DNA of 64,000 nucleotides from Erythrobacter sp. (GTDB lineage: Bacteria; Pseudomonadota; Alphaproteobacteria; Sphingomonadales; Sphingomonadaceae), in assembly GCA_036353345.1 (NCBI GenBank), contig JAZBPE010000002.1, forward strand, positions 15,162 to 79,161, in the 5' to 3' direction. This document shows positions 46,819 through 56,262 of this stretch, one piece after another. Both the position numbers and the translations under genes were made by a program. Below the pieces are notes generated by a model. The model was not told the DNA's origin, did not search any database, and saw nothing but the letters and a program-made list of their open reading frames with translations. Every line of letters begins with the position of its first letter. Within the stretch, counting starts at the first letter, position 1.

Positions 46819-47364
46819 ATGCGCATCGACAAGATCCCGACCGGCGTGAATCCGCCCGACGACCTCCACGTTATCATCGAAGTGCCAACCGGGGGCGAGC
46901 CGGTTAAGTACGAATTCGACAAGGATTCCGGTGCGCTGTTCGTCGATCGCATCCTCCACACCCCGATGCGCTATCCGGCGAATTACGGGTTCGTGCCGCA
47001 TACGCTTTCGCCCGACGGCGATCCGCTCGATGCGCTGGTGATTGCACGCACGCCCTTCATCGCGGGCTGTGTCGTGCGCGCACGCCCGATCGGCGTGCTC
47101 AATCTGGAAGACGAGCATGGCGGGGACGAGAAACTGATCTGCGTGCCGGTCGACACCACGTTTCCCTATTATTCCGATGTCGGCGAGACCAAGGACCTGC
47201 CAAGCATCATCTTTCAGCAGATCGAGCATTTTTTCACCCACTACAAGGATCTGGAAAGCGAGAAGTGGGTGCGGATCGGTAGCTGGGGCGACCGGGCCGA
47301 GGCGTGCCAGGTGGTTCGCGAAGCCGTTATCCGCGCGCAAGAGAGCAAGAAGCAGAACGGTTAG
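46819..47364 (+). CDS. ppa: inorganic pyrophosphatase
   Basis: Start corrected to [23 protein letters not shown]...[15 protein letters not shown]...[23 protein letters not shown]. Confidence 0.96.
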   Translation: MRIDKIPTGVNPPDDLHVIIEVPTGGEPVKYEFDKDSGALFVDRILHTPMRYPANYGFVPHTLSPDGDPLDALVIARTPFIAGCVVRARPIGVLNLEDEHGGDEKLICVPVDTTFPYYSDVGETKDLPSIIFQQIEHFFTHYKDLESEKWVRIGSWGDRAEACQVVREAVIRAQESKKQNG

Positions 47365-47404
47365 TGCCACTCGAAGTTGGTCCGAGCTGCGAGGATACCT
47401 GAAA

Positions 47405-48850
47405 CTATTCTACCGGCCGGCTTTCGTCGAGCAGGTCCTTCTCCTGGCCGTGTCCGCTGCGGCGTTCGGCCTCGACCAGTTCGCTGATCTCGGTTTCCGG
47501 ACGCACATCTTCCGATAGATCCGCGGCGACTGCCTCGTGGCCGACTACGCTCCCGCTCGTTTCGGCCACGCTGGCCGAACGCCCGATCGGGAGCGGATCG
47601 GTACGCCCGTCGAAGCGCAAGCGGTAAATCGGTTCGGGCAAAGCAAAACCAGCTTCTTCCAGCGCGGCCTTGGTTGCAGCGATGGCGAGGCTGCGCGACT
47701 TGAACCAGTCCGCTTCGCGCTGGTCGATCCAGCCCAGAAACATGATGACGATATTGCTGTCACCCACCTGCTGGACCCGGCCCGCGGGCGCGGGGTCGTC
47801 GAGGATAAAGGGAAGCGCGGCGAGCGCTTGTGCCCCGGACTTCATGGCTGCGCGCGGATCGTCGTCGGCGTCGATCCCGAGCTCGAAATCGAGCCGTCGC
47901 TGAGGGTTGCGCGTGTAATTCAGGATCGTCGCCTTGAAGACCTGTGCATTGGGAATGCGCAAATGGTTGCCTTCCAGCGTCATCAGGATGGTCGCGCGGC
48001 TCGTCAGTCGAATCACCCGGCCCTCTAAATCGTTGATCAGCACAAGGTCGTTCGGGCGAAATGGCTGGCGAACGCTCAGCATCAGCGAGGCGACATAATT
48101 TTCGATCGTGTCGCGCATCGCAAAGCCAAGCGCGATGCCGATCACCCCCGCCCCGCCAAGAACCGCACCGAGCAACGCGCCCGCCCCCAGCATGTCGAGG
48201 GCAATAACGAGCCCGCCGACCACGAAGACGAACCGGATTGCGCTCTGAATCAGTTCGGCGAGGAAGGCGTTCGGCGCAATGCGCCGCCACAGGGAGCCAA
48301 ACCCGGCGATGAAGTAGCCGAGCGCGCCGATCACCAGCGCGATCAGAACCGCGATCCCCAGCAGTGGGAGCGCGGTCATGGCATCCGTGACTAGCTCCGC
48401 TGCCTTGCCGAACACCGAAAGATTCTGCTCAACCGATAGATCGCGCTCGATCCCGTTCTCGACCGTGACCACACCGGCTATGTTCGATGCGATATCCTCG
48501 GCACGGATTATCGTCTCTGCATCGGAGAGGGTGCCGCCCAGCGTGACGACCCCTTCGTTGACCGCGACCTCGACATTCTCGAAATCGGGAAGGGCGCCGT
48601 AAATGCCGCGAATGCGCTTAGCGATGCGTTCATCCTCGCCTGCATCCTGTTCCTGTTCGATCGGCGGTTGAGCGGGCTTGTCGCCTTCAGCCGCGGGTTC
48701 CTCTCCCGGAAGGCCGGCGGGAAGCGCTGCGCCCGATGGTGTCGAAAGGGCAAGACCGGCGGCAAGGAGGAGTGCGAGGCTTCGGGACAGCCATGACAGG
48801 CGCAAAGAGGTCACGAACAAAAGCAGCTCCCAAACGATCGCATCGCGCAA
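47405..48850 (-). CDS. BON-domain plus MscS-family mechanosensitive channel protein
   Basis: N-terminal signal/anchor, a BON-like block VEVAVNEGVVTLGGTLSDAETIIRAEDIASNIAGVVTVENGI, TM segments, and an MscS block FRPNDLVLINDLEGRVIRLTSRATILMTLEGNHLRIPNAQVF. The start position is uncertain. Confidence 0.8.
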   Translation of the reverse strand: MRDAIVWELLLFVTSLRLSWLSRSLALLLAAGLALSTPSGAALPAGLPGEEPAAEGDKPAQPPIEQEQDAGEDERIAKRIRGIYGALPDFENVEVAVNEGVVTLGGTLSDAETIIRAEDIASNIAGVVTVENGIERDLSVEQNLSVFGKAAELVTDAMTALPLLGIAVLIALVIGALGYFIAGFGSLWRRIAPNAFLAELIQSAIRFVFVVGGLVIALDMLGAGALLGAVLGGAGVIGIALGFAMRDTIENYVASLMLSVRQPFRPNDLVLINDLEGRVIRLTSRATILMTLEGNHLRIPNAQVFKATILNYTRNPQRRLDFELGIDADDDPRAAMKSGAQALAALPFILDDPAPAGRVQQVGDSNIVIMFLGWIDQREADWFKSRSLAIAATKAALEEAGFALPEPIYRLRFDGRTDPLPIGRSASVAETSGSVVGHEAVAADLSEDVRPETEISELVEAERRSGHGQEKDLLDESRPVE

Positions 48851-48886
48851 GAGAGCGGCTCAACGGTAAAGGCGTTCCCGCCGGTT

Positions 48887-49315
48887 TCAGCTTCCGGCAA
48901 AAGCAACCTTGGCCAGCAGGGTCAACGTCAAGGGCAGCAAGATCGCAAGCATCCACAAACCCATCGCATCGCGCCGGAAAGCAGGCCGCAGCGCCGGATC
49001 GTGAGCTTCGTCGTCCGAAATCCGCGTCCAGCGTTTCTCGAACCAGCGACAGGCTGGAATAATGGCCGCTACCAGCACGACCAGCGCGACATAGGGAAGG
49101 ATCGAAGCGAACCCTTCACTAAGCGCCTTCACGGTGAGGAAGATGTGCAGGGCAGTGTAGACGAGCAGCGCATAGGCCACGTGATCGCTCATTGCCTTGC
49201 GCCAATCGAGACGGACATCACGATGGACATCAACGCGGACATCGCCACGCCCTTCGTATTGCGTGGCAGTATCGTTCCGGCGGTGTGACAGCTCGCCCAT
49301 GGTCTGACCTTTCAT
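48887..49315 (-). CDS. hypothetical 3-TM membrane protein (142 aa)
   Basis: Start corrected to MKGQTMGELSH (AAGGACGAG RBS). Hydrophobic segments follow residue ~45. No family recognised. Confidence 0.5.
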   Translation of the reverse strand: MKGQTMGELSHRRNDTATQYEGRGDVRVDVHRDVRLDWRKAMSDHVAYALLVYTALHIFLTVKALSEGFASILPYVALVVLVAAIIPACRWFEKRWTRISDDEAHDPALRPAFRRDAMGLWMLAILLPLTLTLLAKVAFAGS

Positions 49316-49505
49316 GATCGCTCGTCCTTGCTGTGCATTATTCCCAAAAGCGAGGGAGCGTGCAAGCGCGGTAACCATTATGAAATAATCTTGCGCAAGC
49401 CAGCAGGGGAAGCCACGCGATTGTCGCCAGGCAAAAATCCTGCCAGAACACGCCCTACACCCAGAACCGTTCCCCCACACGACAGGCTCCGCCAGAAACC
49501 CCAGC

Positions 49506-50306
49506 ATGAACGAAGCGCCCGACATCAGCGAACTGGCCCGCGCTGCGGCGGATGAAGGCGTGGATGCGAGTGCGCCTTTACCCGAAGGCGGTCTTGAGGT
49601 GATCTCGATCGCGAAAAGCTATGACAAGCGTGCGGTTCTGGCCGATATTTCGCTGACCGTGGGAAAGGGTGAAGTGCTCGGCCTGCTTGGGCCCAACGGG
49701 GCGGGCAAGACGACGTGCTTCTATTCGATCATGGGCCTCGTCAAACCCGATTCCGGCCGTATCCTGATGGATGGCGAGGATGTGACCAACCTGCCAATGT
49801 ATCGACGCGCGATCCTGGGCCTTGGATATCTACCCCAGGAAACCAGTATCTTTCGCGGGATGACGGTCGAGCAGAACATCGATTGCGTGCTCGAAATGGT
49901 TGAGCCCGATGCCCGGACGCGCAGTGGCGAGTTGGAGCGGCTGCTCGACGAGTTTGGTCTGACGCGGCTTCGCGCAAGTCCGGCGATGGCACTGTCGGGC
50001 GGCGAGCGGCGGCGGTGCGAAATCGCGCGCGCGCTCGCAGCGAAGCCTTCAATCATGCTGCTCGATGAACCGTTCGCCGGGATCGATCCACTGTCGATCA
50101 GCGATATTCGCGATCTGGTGAAGGACCTGAAGCGTCGCGGTATCGGCGTTCTCATCACCGATCACAATGTGCGCGAGACACTCGACATCGTCGATCGGGC
50201 CTGCATCATCTATGGCGGACAGGTACTGTTCGCCGGAACCCCGCAAGCGCTGGTCGCTGATGAAAACGTCAAGCGATTGTATCTGGGCGAAAGCTTCACG
50301 CTTTAA
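49506..50306 (+). CDS. lptB: LPS export ABC transporter ATP-binding protein
   Basis: Walker A GPNGAGKTT, signature LSGGERRR, Walker B MLLDEP. It sits immediately upstream of rpoN, as usual. Confidence 0.92.
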   Translation: MNEAPDISELARAAADEGVDASAPLPEGGLEVISIAKSYDKRAVLADISLTVGKGEVLGLLGPNGAGKTTCFYSIMGLVKPDSGRILMDGEDVTNLPMYRRAILGLGYLPQETSIFRGMTVEQNIDCVLEMVEPDARTRSGELERLLDEFGLTRLRASPAMALSGGERRRCEIARALAAKPSIMLLDEPFAGIDPLSISDIRDLVKDLKRRGIGVLITDHNVRETLDIVDRACIIYGGQVLFAGTPQALVADENVKRLYLGESFTL

Positions 50307-50317
50307 CGCGACGCTCG

Positions 50318-51823
50318 GTGGCTATCGGTCCGCGCCTCGACCTTCGCCAGACGCAATCGCTGGTCATGACGCCGCAATTGCAGCAGGCGATCAAGCTGCT
50401 TGCGGCGACCAATCTCGAGATCGAAAGCTTCATTGGCGATGCGCTCGAGGCCAATCCGTTGCTCGAAGCCGGACCGGTGTCGAGGGATCCAGACGGGCAG
50501 GCAAGTGAACCCGGCGATATTCCGCGTGAGGAACTTACCTCCGATGAGCTGATGGCCCAGGGCCAGGGTGAGAGCGAGGCACCGCTGGACATCGATCAGG
50601 GCGCACTCGACCGCGCCTGCGAAACCGGCGATGGCGCGCGCCTGTCGGACCATGACTGGGGCACAAGCGGCGGTCTTGGAAGTGGGGGGGCAGGCGGCGG
50701 CGAGGACCTGCCCGGGATCGAAGCGACCTGTTCGGCTAATGTCACGCTCGGCGAGCATCTCGATAGCCAGATTGCCGGGCTGGCCTGCAATCCGCGCGAG
50801 GCTTTCGTTGCGCGCCATATCGCCGGGCTGCTCGACGAGGCGGGCTATCTCGCGACCGATCTGCGCGAAGTGGCGACCGATCTCGGCGTTGACATGGCGT
50901 GCGCGGAGGATGCACTTGAAGTCGTGCAGATGTGCGATCCTACCGGGGTCGGCGCGCGCAGCCTGGCCGAATGTCTTGCGCTCCAGGCGCGCGAGGCGGA
51001 TCGCTACGATCCGTGCATGATCGCGCTCATCGACAATCTCGAATTGATAGCACGTGGCGATATCGCTCGGCTCAAGCGGCTGTGCGACGTCGATGACGAG
51101 GACTTCGCAGACATGCTTCAAGAGCTGCGCAGCTACGATCCCAAGCCGGGGCTTACTTTCGCCCCGGTCGCGGCCGATGCGGTGGTGCCCGACGTGCTGA
51201 TCGCAGCCAACGATGCAGGCGGCTGGGACATCGCGCTCAACGAAGAGACGCTACCACGCCTGATCGTCAATCGCGACTATTTCATCGAACTGAGCGACGG
51301 AGCGGCGAGCGAGCAGGCACAAGAATGGCTCAAGGAAAAGCTTGCCGACGCTCACTGGCTGATCCGCGCGCTCGACCAGCGGCAACGGACAATCCTCAAG
51401 ACCGCCGCCGCGATCGTCGAGCGGCAGGAGGGGTTCTTTCGACAGGGCGTATCGCAGCTGCGCCCATTGACCTTGCGCGAAGTGGCCGACGCGATCGACA
51501 TGCACGAAAGCACCGTAAGCCGGGTAACCTCGGGCAAGTATCTATCCTGCGACCGGGGCTGCTTCGAACTCAAGTACTTCTTCTCGAGCGGCGTCGCCTC
51601 AAGCGATGGCGAAGGCGCGTCAGCCGAGGCCATCAAGGCACGGATCCGGACGCTGACAGATGCGGAGGATCCGAAAAAGGTGCTCTCCGACCAGAAGCTG
51701 ACCGATATGCTGAAAGAGGAAGGTTACGATCTCGCCCGCCGCACCGTTGCCAAATATCGCGAGGCGATTGGCATCGGTTCCAGCGCGCAGCGAAGACGGC
51801 TCAAGAAGCTGACCGGTTTATGA
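50318..51823 (+). CDS. rpoN: RNA polymerase sigma-54 factor
   Basis: LRQTQSLVMTPQLQQAIKLLAATNLE N-terminus and the RpoN box ARRTVAKYREAIGI. GTG start 11 nt after the lptB stop. Confidence 0.95.
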   Translation: MAIGPRLDLRQTQSLVMTPQLQQAIKLLAATNLEIESFIGDALEANPLLEAGPVSRDPDGQASEPGDIPREELTSDELMAQGQGESEAPLDIDQGALDRACETGDGARLSDHDWGTSGGLGSGGAGGGEDLPGIEATCSANVTLGEHLDSQIAGLACNPREAFVARHIAGLLDEAGYLATDLREVATDLGVDMACAEDALEVVQMCDPTGVGARSLAECLALQAREADRYDPCMIALIDNLELIARGDIARLKRLCDVDDEDFADMLQELRSYDPKPGLTFAPVAADAVVPDVLIAANDAGGWDIALNEETLPRLIVNRDYFIELSDGAASEQAQEWLKEKLADAHWLIRALDQRQRTILKTAAAIVERQEGFFRQGVSQLRPLTLREVADAIDMHESTVSRVTSGKYLSCDRGCFELKYFFSSGVASSDGEGASAEAIKARIRTLTDAEDPKKVLSDQKLTDMLKEEGYDLARRTVAKYREAIGIGSSAQRRRLKKLTGL

Positions 51824-51910
51824 GTTCCTCCACCTGCGCTCCTGCGCGCACGGGACAATCCCCTAGGTACTCACCGCAAAGAGGGCGGGGGGTCCGAATT
51901 TCATTCCTTA

Positions 51911-51943
51911 TTAACCTTTCCCGTTCAGACCTTGTGTGGTTAA
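51911..51943. promoter_or_regulatory. inverted pair of CtrA-type half-sites upstream of ctrA
   Basis: TTAACCTT on the plus strand (51911) and TTAACCAC on the minus strand (complement of 51936-51943) each match 7 of 8 positions of the Caulobacter half-site TTAACCAT. No full TTAA-N7-TTAA box was seen. Confidence 0.3.
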
Positions 51944-52038
51944 TACATGGCAACACCTCTTAGCGAGGGGTTTACGACGGGGCAGTTCTTCCGGCGACCG
52001 CATGGTCGGGGGCAGCCGGTGCCAACAGGGGATGATAA

Positions 52039-52734
52039 ATGCGCGTGCTTCTGATTGAAGATGAGCCGACAACCGCCAAGGCGATCGAGCTCATGCTGAC
52101 GACCGAAGGGTTCAATGTCTACTCCACGGACCTTGGCGAAGAGGGCCTCGATCTGGGCAAGCTGTATGATTACGATATTATCCTGCTCGATCTCAACCTG
52201 CCCGACATGCATGGCTATGATGTGCTGAAGAAACTGCGTGTCGCCAAGGTGCAGACACCGGTACTGATTCTTTCAGGCATTGCGGAGATGGACAGCAAGA
52301 TCCGCAGCTTCGGCTTTGGCGCGGACGATTACGTGACAAAGCCTTTCCACCGCGAGGAACTGGTCGCACGCATCCACGCCGTGGTGCGCCGTTCGAAGGG
52401 CCACAGCCAGTCGATCATTCGCACGGGCAAGCTGGCGGTGAACCTCGATGCCAAAACCGTCGAAGTCGACGGGGCGCGCGTGCATCTCACCGGCAAGGAA
52501 TATGCAATGCTCGAGCTTCTCAGCTTGCGCAAAGGCACGACGCTGACCAAGGAAATGTTCCTCAACCACCTGTATGGCGGGATGGACGAGCCTGAACTCA
52601 AGATTATCGACGTCTTCATTTGCAAACTGCGCAAGAAGCTCAGCCATGCGTGCGGAGGCGAAAACTACATCGAAACCGTCTGGGGTCGCGGCTACGTGCT
52701 GCGTGATCCCAACGAAGAGGCGGAAGCCGCCTGA
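52039..52734 (+). CDS. ctrA: cell-cycle response regulator CtrA (OmpR family)
   Basis: [80 protein letters not shown] and the C-terminal [12 protein letters not shown]...[14 protein letters not shown] are near-canonical CtrA. Confidence 0.95.
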   Translation: MRVLLIEDEPTTAKAIELMLTTEGFNVYSTDLGEEGLDLGKLYDYDIILLDLNLPDMHGYDVLKKLRVAKVQTPVLILSGIAEMDSKIRSFGFGADDYVTKPFHREELVARIHAVVRRSKGHSQSIIRTGKLAVNLDAKTVEVDGARVHLTGKEYAMLELLSLRKGTTLTKEMFLNHLYGGMDEPELKIIDVFICKLRKKLSHACGGENYIETVWGRGYVLRDPNEEAEAA

Positions 52735-52837
52735 TCAACCGGTAATTTGTTTGACCAGCCTCTTTCTGACCAGTCCTTTGCGGGCAGGCGCCCAGTAGCT
52801 TGATTGCTGCCGGGCGCTTGTCGTTCGAGCGTACCCA

Positions 52838-54085
52838 TCAGGCTGGGACCTGCTCCCGCGCAGCCTCTGTATGCGAAGGAAAAGCGTGCGCAAGATCGCG
52901 CCCGGTCGGCTCCTGAAACACGGTAAGGCCAAACTCCGGCACGATGGCAAGCAAATGGTCGAAGATATCGGCCTGGATCGCCTCGTATTTCGACCAGACA
53001 GTTGTGTTGGTAAAACAATACAGTTCAATCGGAAGGCCCTGCGGTCCGGGCGGCAATTGCCGGACGAGCAAGGTGAAACCATCGGTTTGCAATCCGGGGT
53101 GCCAGCGCAAATAGGCTTCGATGTAAGCGCGCAGGGTCCCGATATTGGTCAAGCGGCGCGCGTTCACCGGTGCATCTTCCCCCGAAAGCTCCGCTGCATT
53201 CCACTCTGCGATCTCGGCCCGCTTGTCGGCGAGATAGCCTTCGAGCATCTTGAACCTCTTCAACGCCGCGACCTCTTCATCTGCGAGAAAGCGGATCGAA
53301 TTCTGATCGAGCACCAGCGCTCGCTTGATCCGCCGCCCCCCGCTATCGGCCATTCCGCGCCAGTTCTGGAACGCGTCGGTCACCAGCCGGTAGGTCGGGA
53401 TCGCCGTGATTGTCTTGTCGAAGTTCTGGACCTTGACGGTGTAGAGCGAGATATCCACCACATCGCCGTCCGCCTCCATACTCGGCATCGTGATCCAGTC
53501 GCCTACGCGCAGCATGTCATTGGTGGTGAGCTGGACGCTCGCGACGAGGCTGAGGATCGTGTCCTTGAAAACCAGCAGCAGCACGGCGGTAATGGCGCCA
53601 AGGCCGGAAAGCAGCAGCAGCGGCGATTCGTCGATGAGGACGGAGATCGCGATGATGGCCGCCCCGCACAGCACCACGATCTTGCCGACCTGCACGAAGC
53701 CTTTGATCGGGCGGTTCTTCGCCGTCGGCAGCCGCTCGTAGACGTCGTTGAGATAGGCCAGCCCGCGCACGATCGCCATCGCAACGGCAAACACGATAAT
53801 GGCCTGCGCAATGTTGGCGACCAGGCTGCGTACATCCTCTGAAAGATGCGGGACCAGCGCGATCCCCCGCGAAACGATCAGAAGCGGGATTACCCTTGCA
53901 AGCCAGGCTGCGGCACGATCGTCGTTGTTGCTGCGCTGATCGATATAGCGGGAGAGCACGTTCAGGATCACGCGCTTGAGAACCAGATTGACGATCAGCG
54001 CCGCGCCGACGAGCAGCGCAAGACCGATGGCTGACTGGATCCAGGGGGCGCGCTGCGCGAAAGTGTCAAGCAAGTCGTTCATCAT
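52838..54085 (-). CDS. mechanosensitive ion channel family protein (YbdG/MscM-like)
   Basis: 415 aa with 5 TM segments, then DMLRVGDWITMPSMEADGDVVDISLYTVKVQNFDKTITAIPTYRLVTDAFQNW. Confidence 0.85.
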   Translation of the reverse strand: MMNDLLDTFAQRAPWIQSAIGLALLVGAALIVNLVLKRVILNVLSRYIDQRSNNDDRAAAWLARVIPLLIVSRGIALVPHLSEDVRSLVANIAQAIIVFAVAMAIVRGLAYLNDVYERLPTAKNRPIKGFVQVGKIVVLCGAAIIAISVLIDESPLLLLSGLGAITAVLLLVFKDTILSLVASVQLTTNDMLRVGDWITMPSMEADGDVVDISLYTVKVQNFDKTITAIPTYRLVTDAFQNWRGMADSGGRRIKRALVLDQNSIRFLADEEVAALKRFKMLEGYLADKRAEIAEWNAAELSGEDAPVNARRLTNIGTLRAYIEAYLRWHPGLQTDGFTLLVRQLPPGPQGLPIELYCFTNTTVWSKYEAIQADIFDHLLAIVPEFGLTVFQEPTGRDLAHAFPSHTEAAREQVPA

Positions 54086-54139
54086 TTCGCGCGGATAGCG
54101 GGGATAGGCAGAACCTCAACCCCGCGTGTCGCGCAAAGC

Positions 54140-54192
54140 TTGACCCGGGGCTGGACCCGGGGCTGGACCCGGGGCCGGACCAAAGGCTGGAC
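54140..54192. repeat. 12-bp tandem repeat, ~4.4 copies (TGGACCCGGGGC)
   Basis: The copies read ttgacccggggc, tggacccggggc, tggacccggggc, cggaccaaaggc, tggac. The repeat lies in the 140-bp divergent spacer between the MscS-like gene and trmB. Confidence 0.9.
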
Positions 54193-54225
54193 AAGAGCGG
54201 AGGCGATCGTCCATCGGGCCAATGC

Positions 54226-54927
54226 ATGAGTGCGTACAAGCAGGGCGACCCCACTACCATCAACCGGCTTTACGGCCGCAGCGTCGGCAAGCCGCTGCGT
54301 GCGCGTCAGCAGGAACTGGTCGATCGCCTGCTGCCTCGGATTGCGGTGCCTGCAGCAGGAGAGGTAAATGCGCAGACGCTGTTCGCAGAGGACTGCCCGC
54401 TTCATTTCGAGATCGGCTTTGGCGGCGGTGAACACCTGGCCTACCGCGCGGACCTTTTGCCCAATCACGGCTTCATCGGCGCCGAACCGTTCCTTAACGG
54501 GGTCGCGCAGGCCCTTGCCCATGTCGAAGAGCAGCGGCTAGCCAATATTCGCCTCCATCACGGCGATGCGATTGAGGTGCTGGAGCGCGTACCGAACGGC
54601 GCTCTCACCATGGTCTATCTCCTTCATCCCGACCCCTGGCCCAAGGCGCGTCATGCGAAACGGCGGATGATGAACGATGGTCCGGTACGGCTTATCGCCG
54701 ACAAGCTGAAGCCGGGCGGCGAATTTCGATTCGGCACCGATCATCCGGTCTATGTGCGTCATGCCTTGATGGTCATGCAGCGCTTCGAAGCGGAGTTCGA
54801 ATGGGTCGTCGAAAGCCCGACAAACTGGCAGAACCGCCCGAATGGATGGTGCGAAACGCGCTATGAACAAAAGGCGCGCGAGCAGTTCGGGCACGAAGTG
54901 TGGTATTTCCGGTTCCGGCGGCGGTGA
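54226..54927 (+). CDS. trmB: tRNA (guanine-N7)-methyltransferase
   Basis: LHFEIGFGGGEHL SAM-binding motif and LLHPDPWPKARHAKRRM. Confidence 0.93.
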   Translation: MSAYKQGDPTTINRLYGRSVGKPLRARQQELVDRLLPRIAVPAAGEVNAQTLFAEDCPLHFEIGFGGGEHLAYRADLLPNHGFIGAEPFLNGVAQALAHVEEQRLANIRLHHGDAIEVLERVPNGALTMVYLLHPDPWPKARHAKRRMMNDGPVRLIADKLKPGGEFRFGTDHPVYVRHALMVMQRFEAEFEWVVESPTNWQNRPNGWCETRYEQKAREQFGHEVWYFRFRRR

Positions 54928-55282
54928 TAGCCGCGTTCGTGATAACAACAGCGGTGAAACGCGGCGCGTATCCGATCTGCCGCAACCACCGGCCCGTCAG
55001 CAAGATGTTCTGGAGCTTGGGCGGGGTATTCGATCACAAAGGCTGCATTGAGCAGCCATCATAATCGGCTACCTCCAACGCCTGGTCGCGCCGGTGCGAC
55101 AGTCCCGAGCACGACGAGAAATATCCAGCGATCCTGACCCGCACATCTGGTCGCAAGCAAATCTCGGTCCATCATATGCTCCTATAAGAAGGGTGGTTGT
55201 CCCGGAACGATAAGGCCGTGTCGATCATTGGTTTGGGGAGAGCCGGAAGAACGCGGCTTACCCAGTTAAAGGAAAATCACAC

Positions 55283-55780
55283 ATGGCTATCAACACCCTC
55301 AAAGACCTCTACATCGATCAGCTTCAGGACCTTTACAGCGCTGACAAGCAGTCGCTCGAAGCGACGAAGAAGCTTCACGAAAAGGCAACCGACAGCGAGT
55401 TGAAGGATGCGCTTGAAGCTGGCGTCAAGGGCATCTCGCAAGGGATGGAACAGATTAAGGGCCTCATTCAGGGCCACAACGCCGATCCCACCGGCGAGCA
55501 TTGCAAGGGCATGGAAGGCCTCGTCAAGGAAGCGAACGCTCATGCGATCAACGCAGACATTTCCGATAAGGACGTGCTCGATGCCTCGATCATCACGCAG
55601 TACCAGCGCATGACGCACTATGGACTGGCAGGCTACGGAACGGCGCTTGCCTTTGCCAAGCGCCTTGGCCTCAGGGACGACGCCTCGACCCTTCAGACCT
55701 GTCTCGACAACACTTACGATGGCGATCGCCGCATGTCGGAAATCGCGACGGGTGAAGTCAACAAGGCAGCGATGGCTTAA
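55283..55780 (+). CDS. DUF892 (YciE/YciF-like ferritin-like) stress protein
   Basis: MAINTLKDLYIDQLQDLYSADKQSLEATKKL is the characteristic DUF892 N-terminus. AAAGGAAAA RBS. Confidence 0.85.
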   Translation: MAINTLKDLYIDQLQDLYSADKQSLEATKKLHEKATDSELKDALEAGVKGISQGMEQIKGLIQGHNADPTGEHCKGMEGLVKEANAHAINADISDKDVLDASIITQYQRMTHYGLAGYGTALAFAKRLGLRDDASTLQTCLDNTYDGDRRMSEIATGEVNKAAMA

Positions 55781-55812
55781 CGTCTGAGCATCTTTGTAGA
55801 AGAACATCTAAA

Positions 55813-55838
55813 GGCCCGGCCCACCAGCCGGGCCTTTT
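55813..55838. terminator. intrinsic terminator between convergent genes
   Basis: GGCCCGGC-ccacca-GCCGGGCC followed by TTTT. Confidence 0.75.
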
Positions 55839-55842
55839 CGAT

Positions 55843-56262
55843 TCAGTTTTCTCGCGTCGAACCCTCGTCCGCCAGCATTCTGCGTGTGACGACAAGAACG
55901 GGGAGCATTGCAAACACGACTTGACCGGCCACACCCAGCAATCCGGGCGGGATCATCAAACCGTGCGCCCATTCATCGAACGTGGCACCCATCGTGAGTG
56001 CCAGCGCGAGCTCTGCCAGCCAAAGCAGAAAGACCGCGCATAGCCCCACCAAAAGCGCATGGCGGCGCGAAACGATGCGAAAATACTGGACGACCCAGTT
56101 TGCGAGAAACCAGCTCGCCAAAAGGATAATTGGCATTTCGATAATGACGGACACCAAGGCGCCGACGATCGGCTCCAGCACTATGGTCCGCACGATGCCC
56201 AGGATGAAACCAACAGCAAATACCGAGCCGAAATAGCTCGATGCCGCGGCGGCAAGCCTCAC
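55843..56262 (-). CDS. hypothetical 4-TM membrane protein (139 aa)
   Basis: The GTG start overlaps the maeB stop (GTGA). Strongly hydrophobic throughout. No family recognised. Confidence 0.5.
   Translation of the reverse strand: MRLAAAASSYFGSVFAVGFILGIVRTIVLEPIVGALVSVIIEMPIILLASWFLANWVVQYFRIVSRRHALLVGLCAVFLLWLAELALALTMGATFDEWAHGLMIPPGLLGVAGQVVFAMLPVLVVTRRMLADEGSTREN

Noticed and set aside
39607-46849. Long plus-strand ORFs (484, 400 and 486 aa) across metK-lnt, prmC-prfA and hisS
   Set aside because: All are antisense to well-supported minus-strand housekeeping genes, with no motifs or RBS.
55059-55175. 38-codon minus-strand ORF (MMDRDLLATRCAGQDRWIFLVVLGTVAPARPGVGGSRL) with GGAG upstream, in the 355-bp spacer after trmB
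   Set aside because: The RBS spacing is plausible and the spacer is otherwise unexplained. But I have no conservation or family evidence, and the hydrophobic stretch is short. Not reported as a feature.
55245-55267. Second EcfG-like motif GGAAG-N15-GTT upstream of the DUF892 gene
   Set aside because: The -35 is imperfect, and the implied transcription start would fall inside or after the AAAGGAAAA ribosome binding site.
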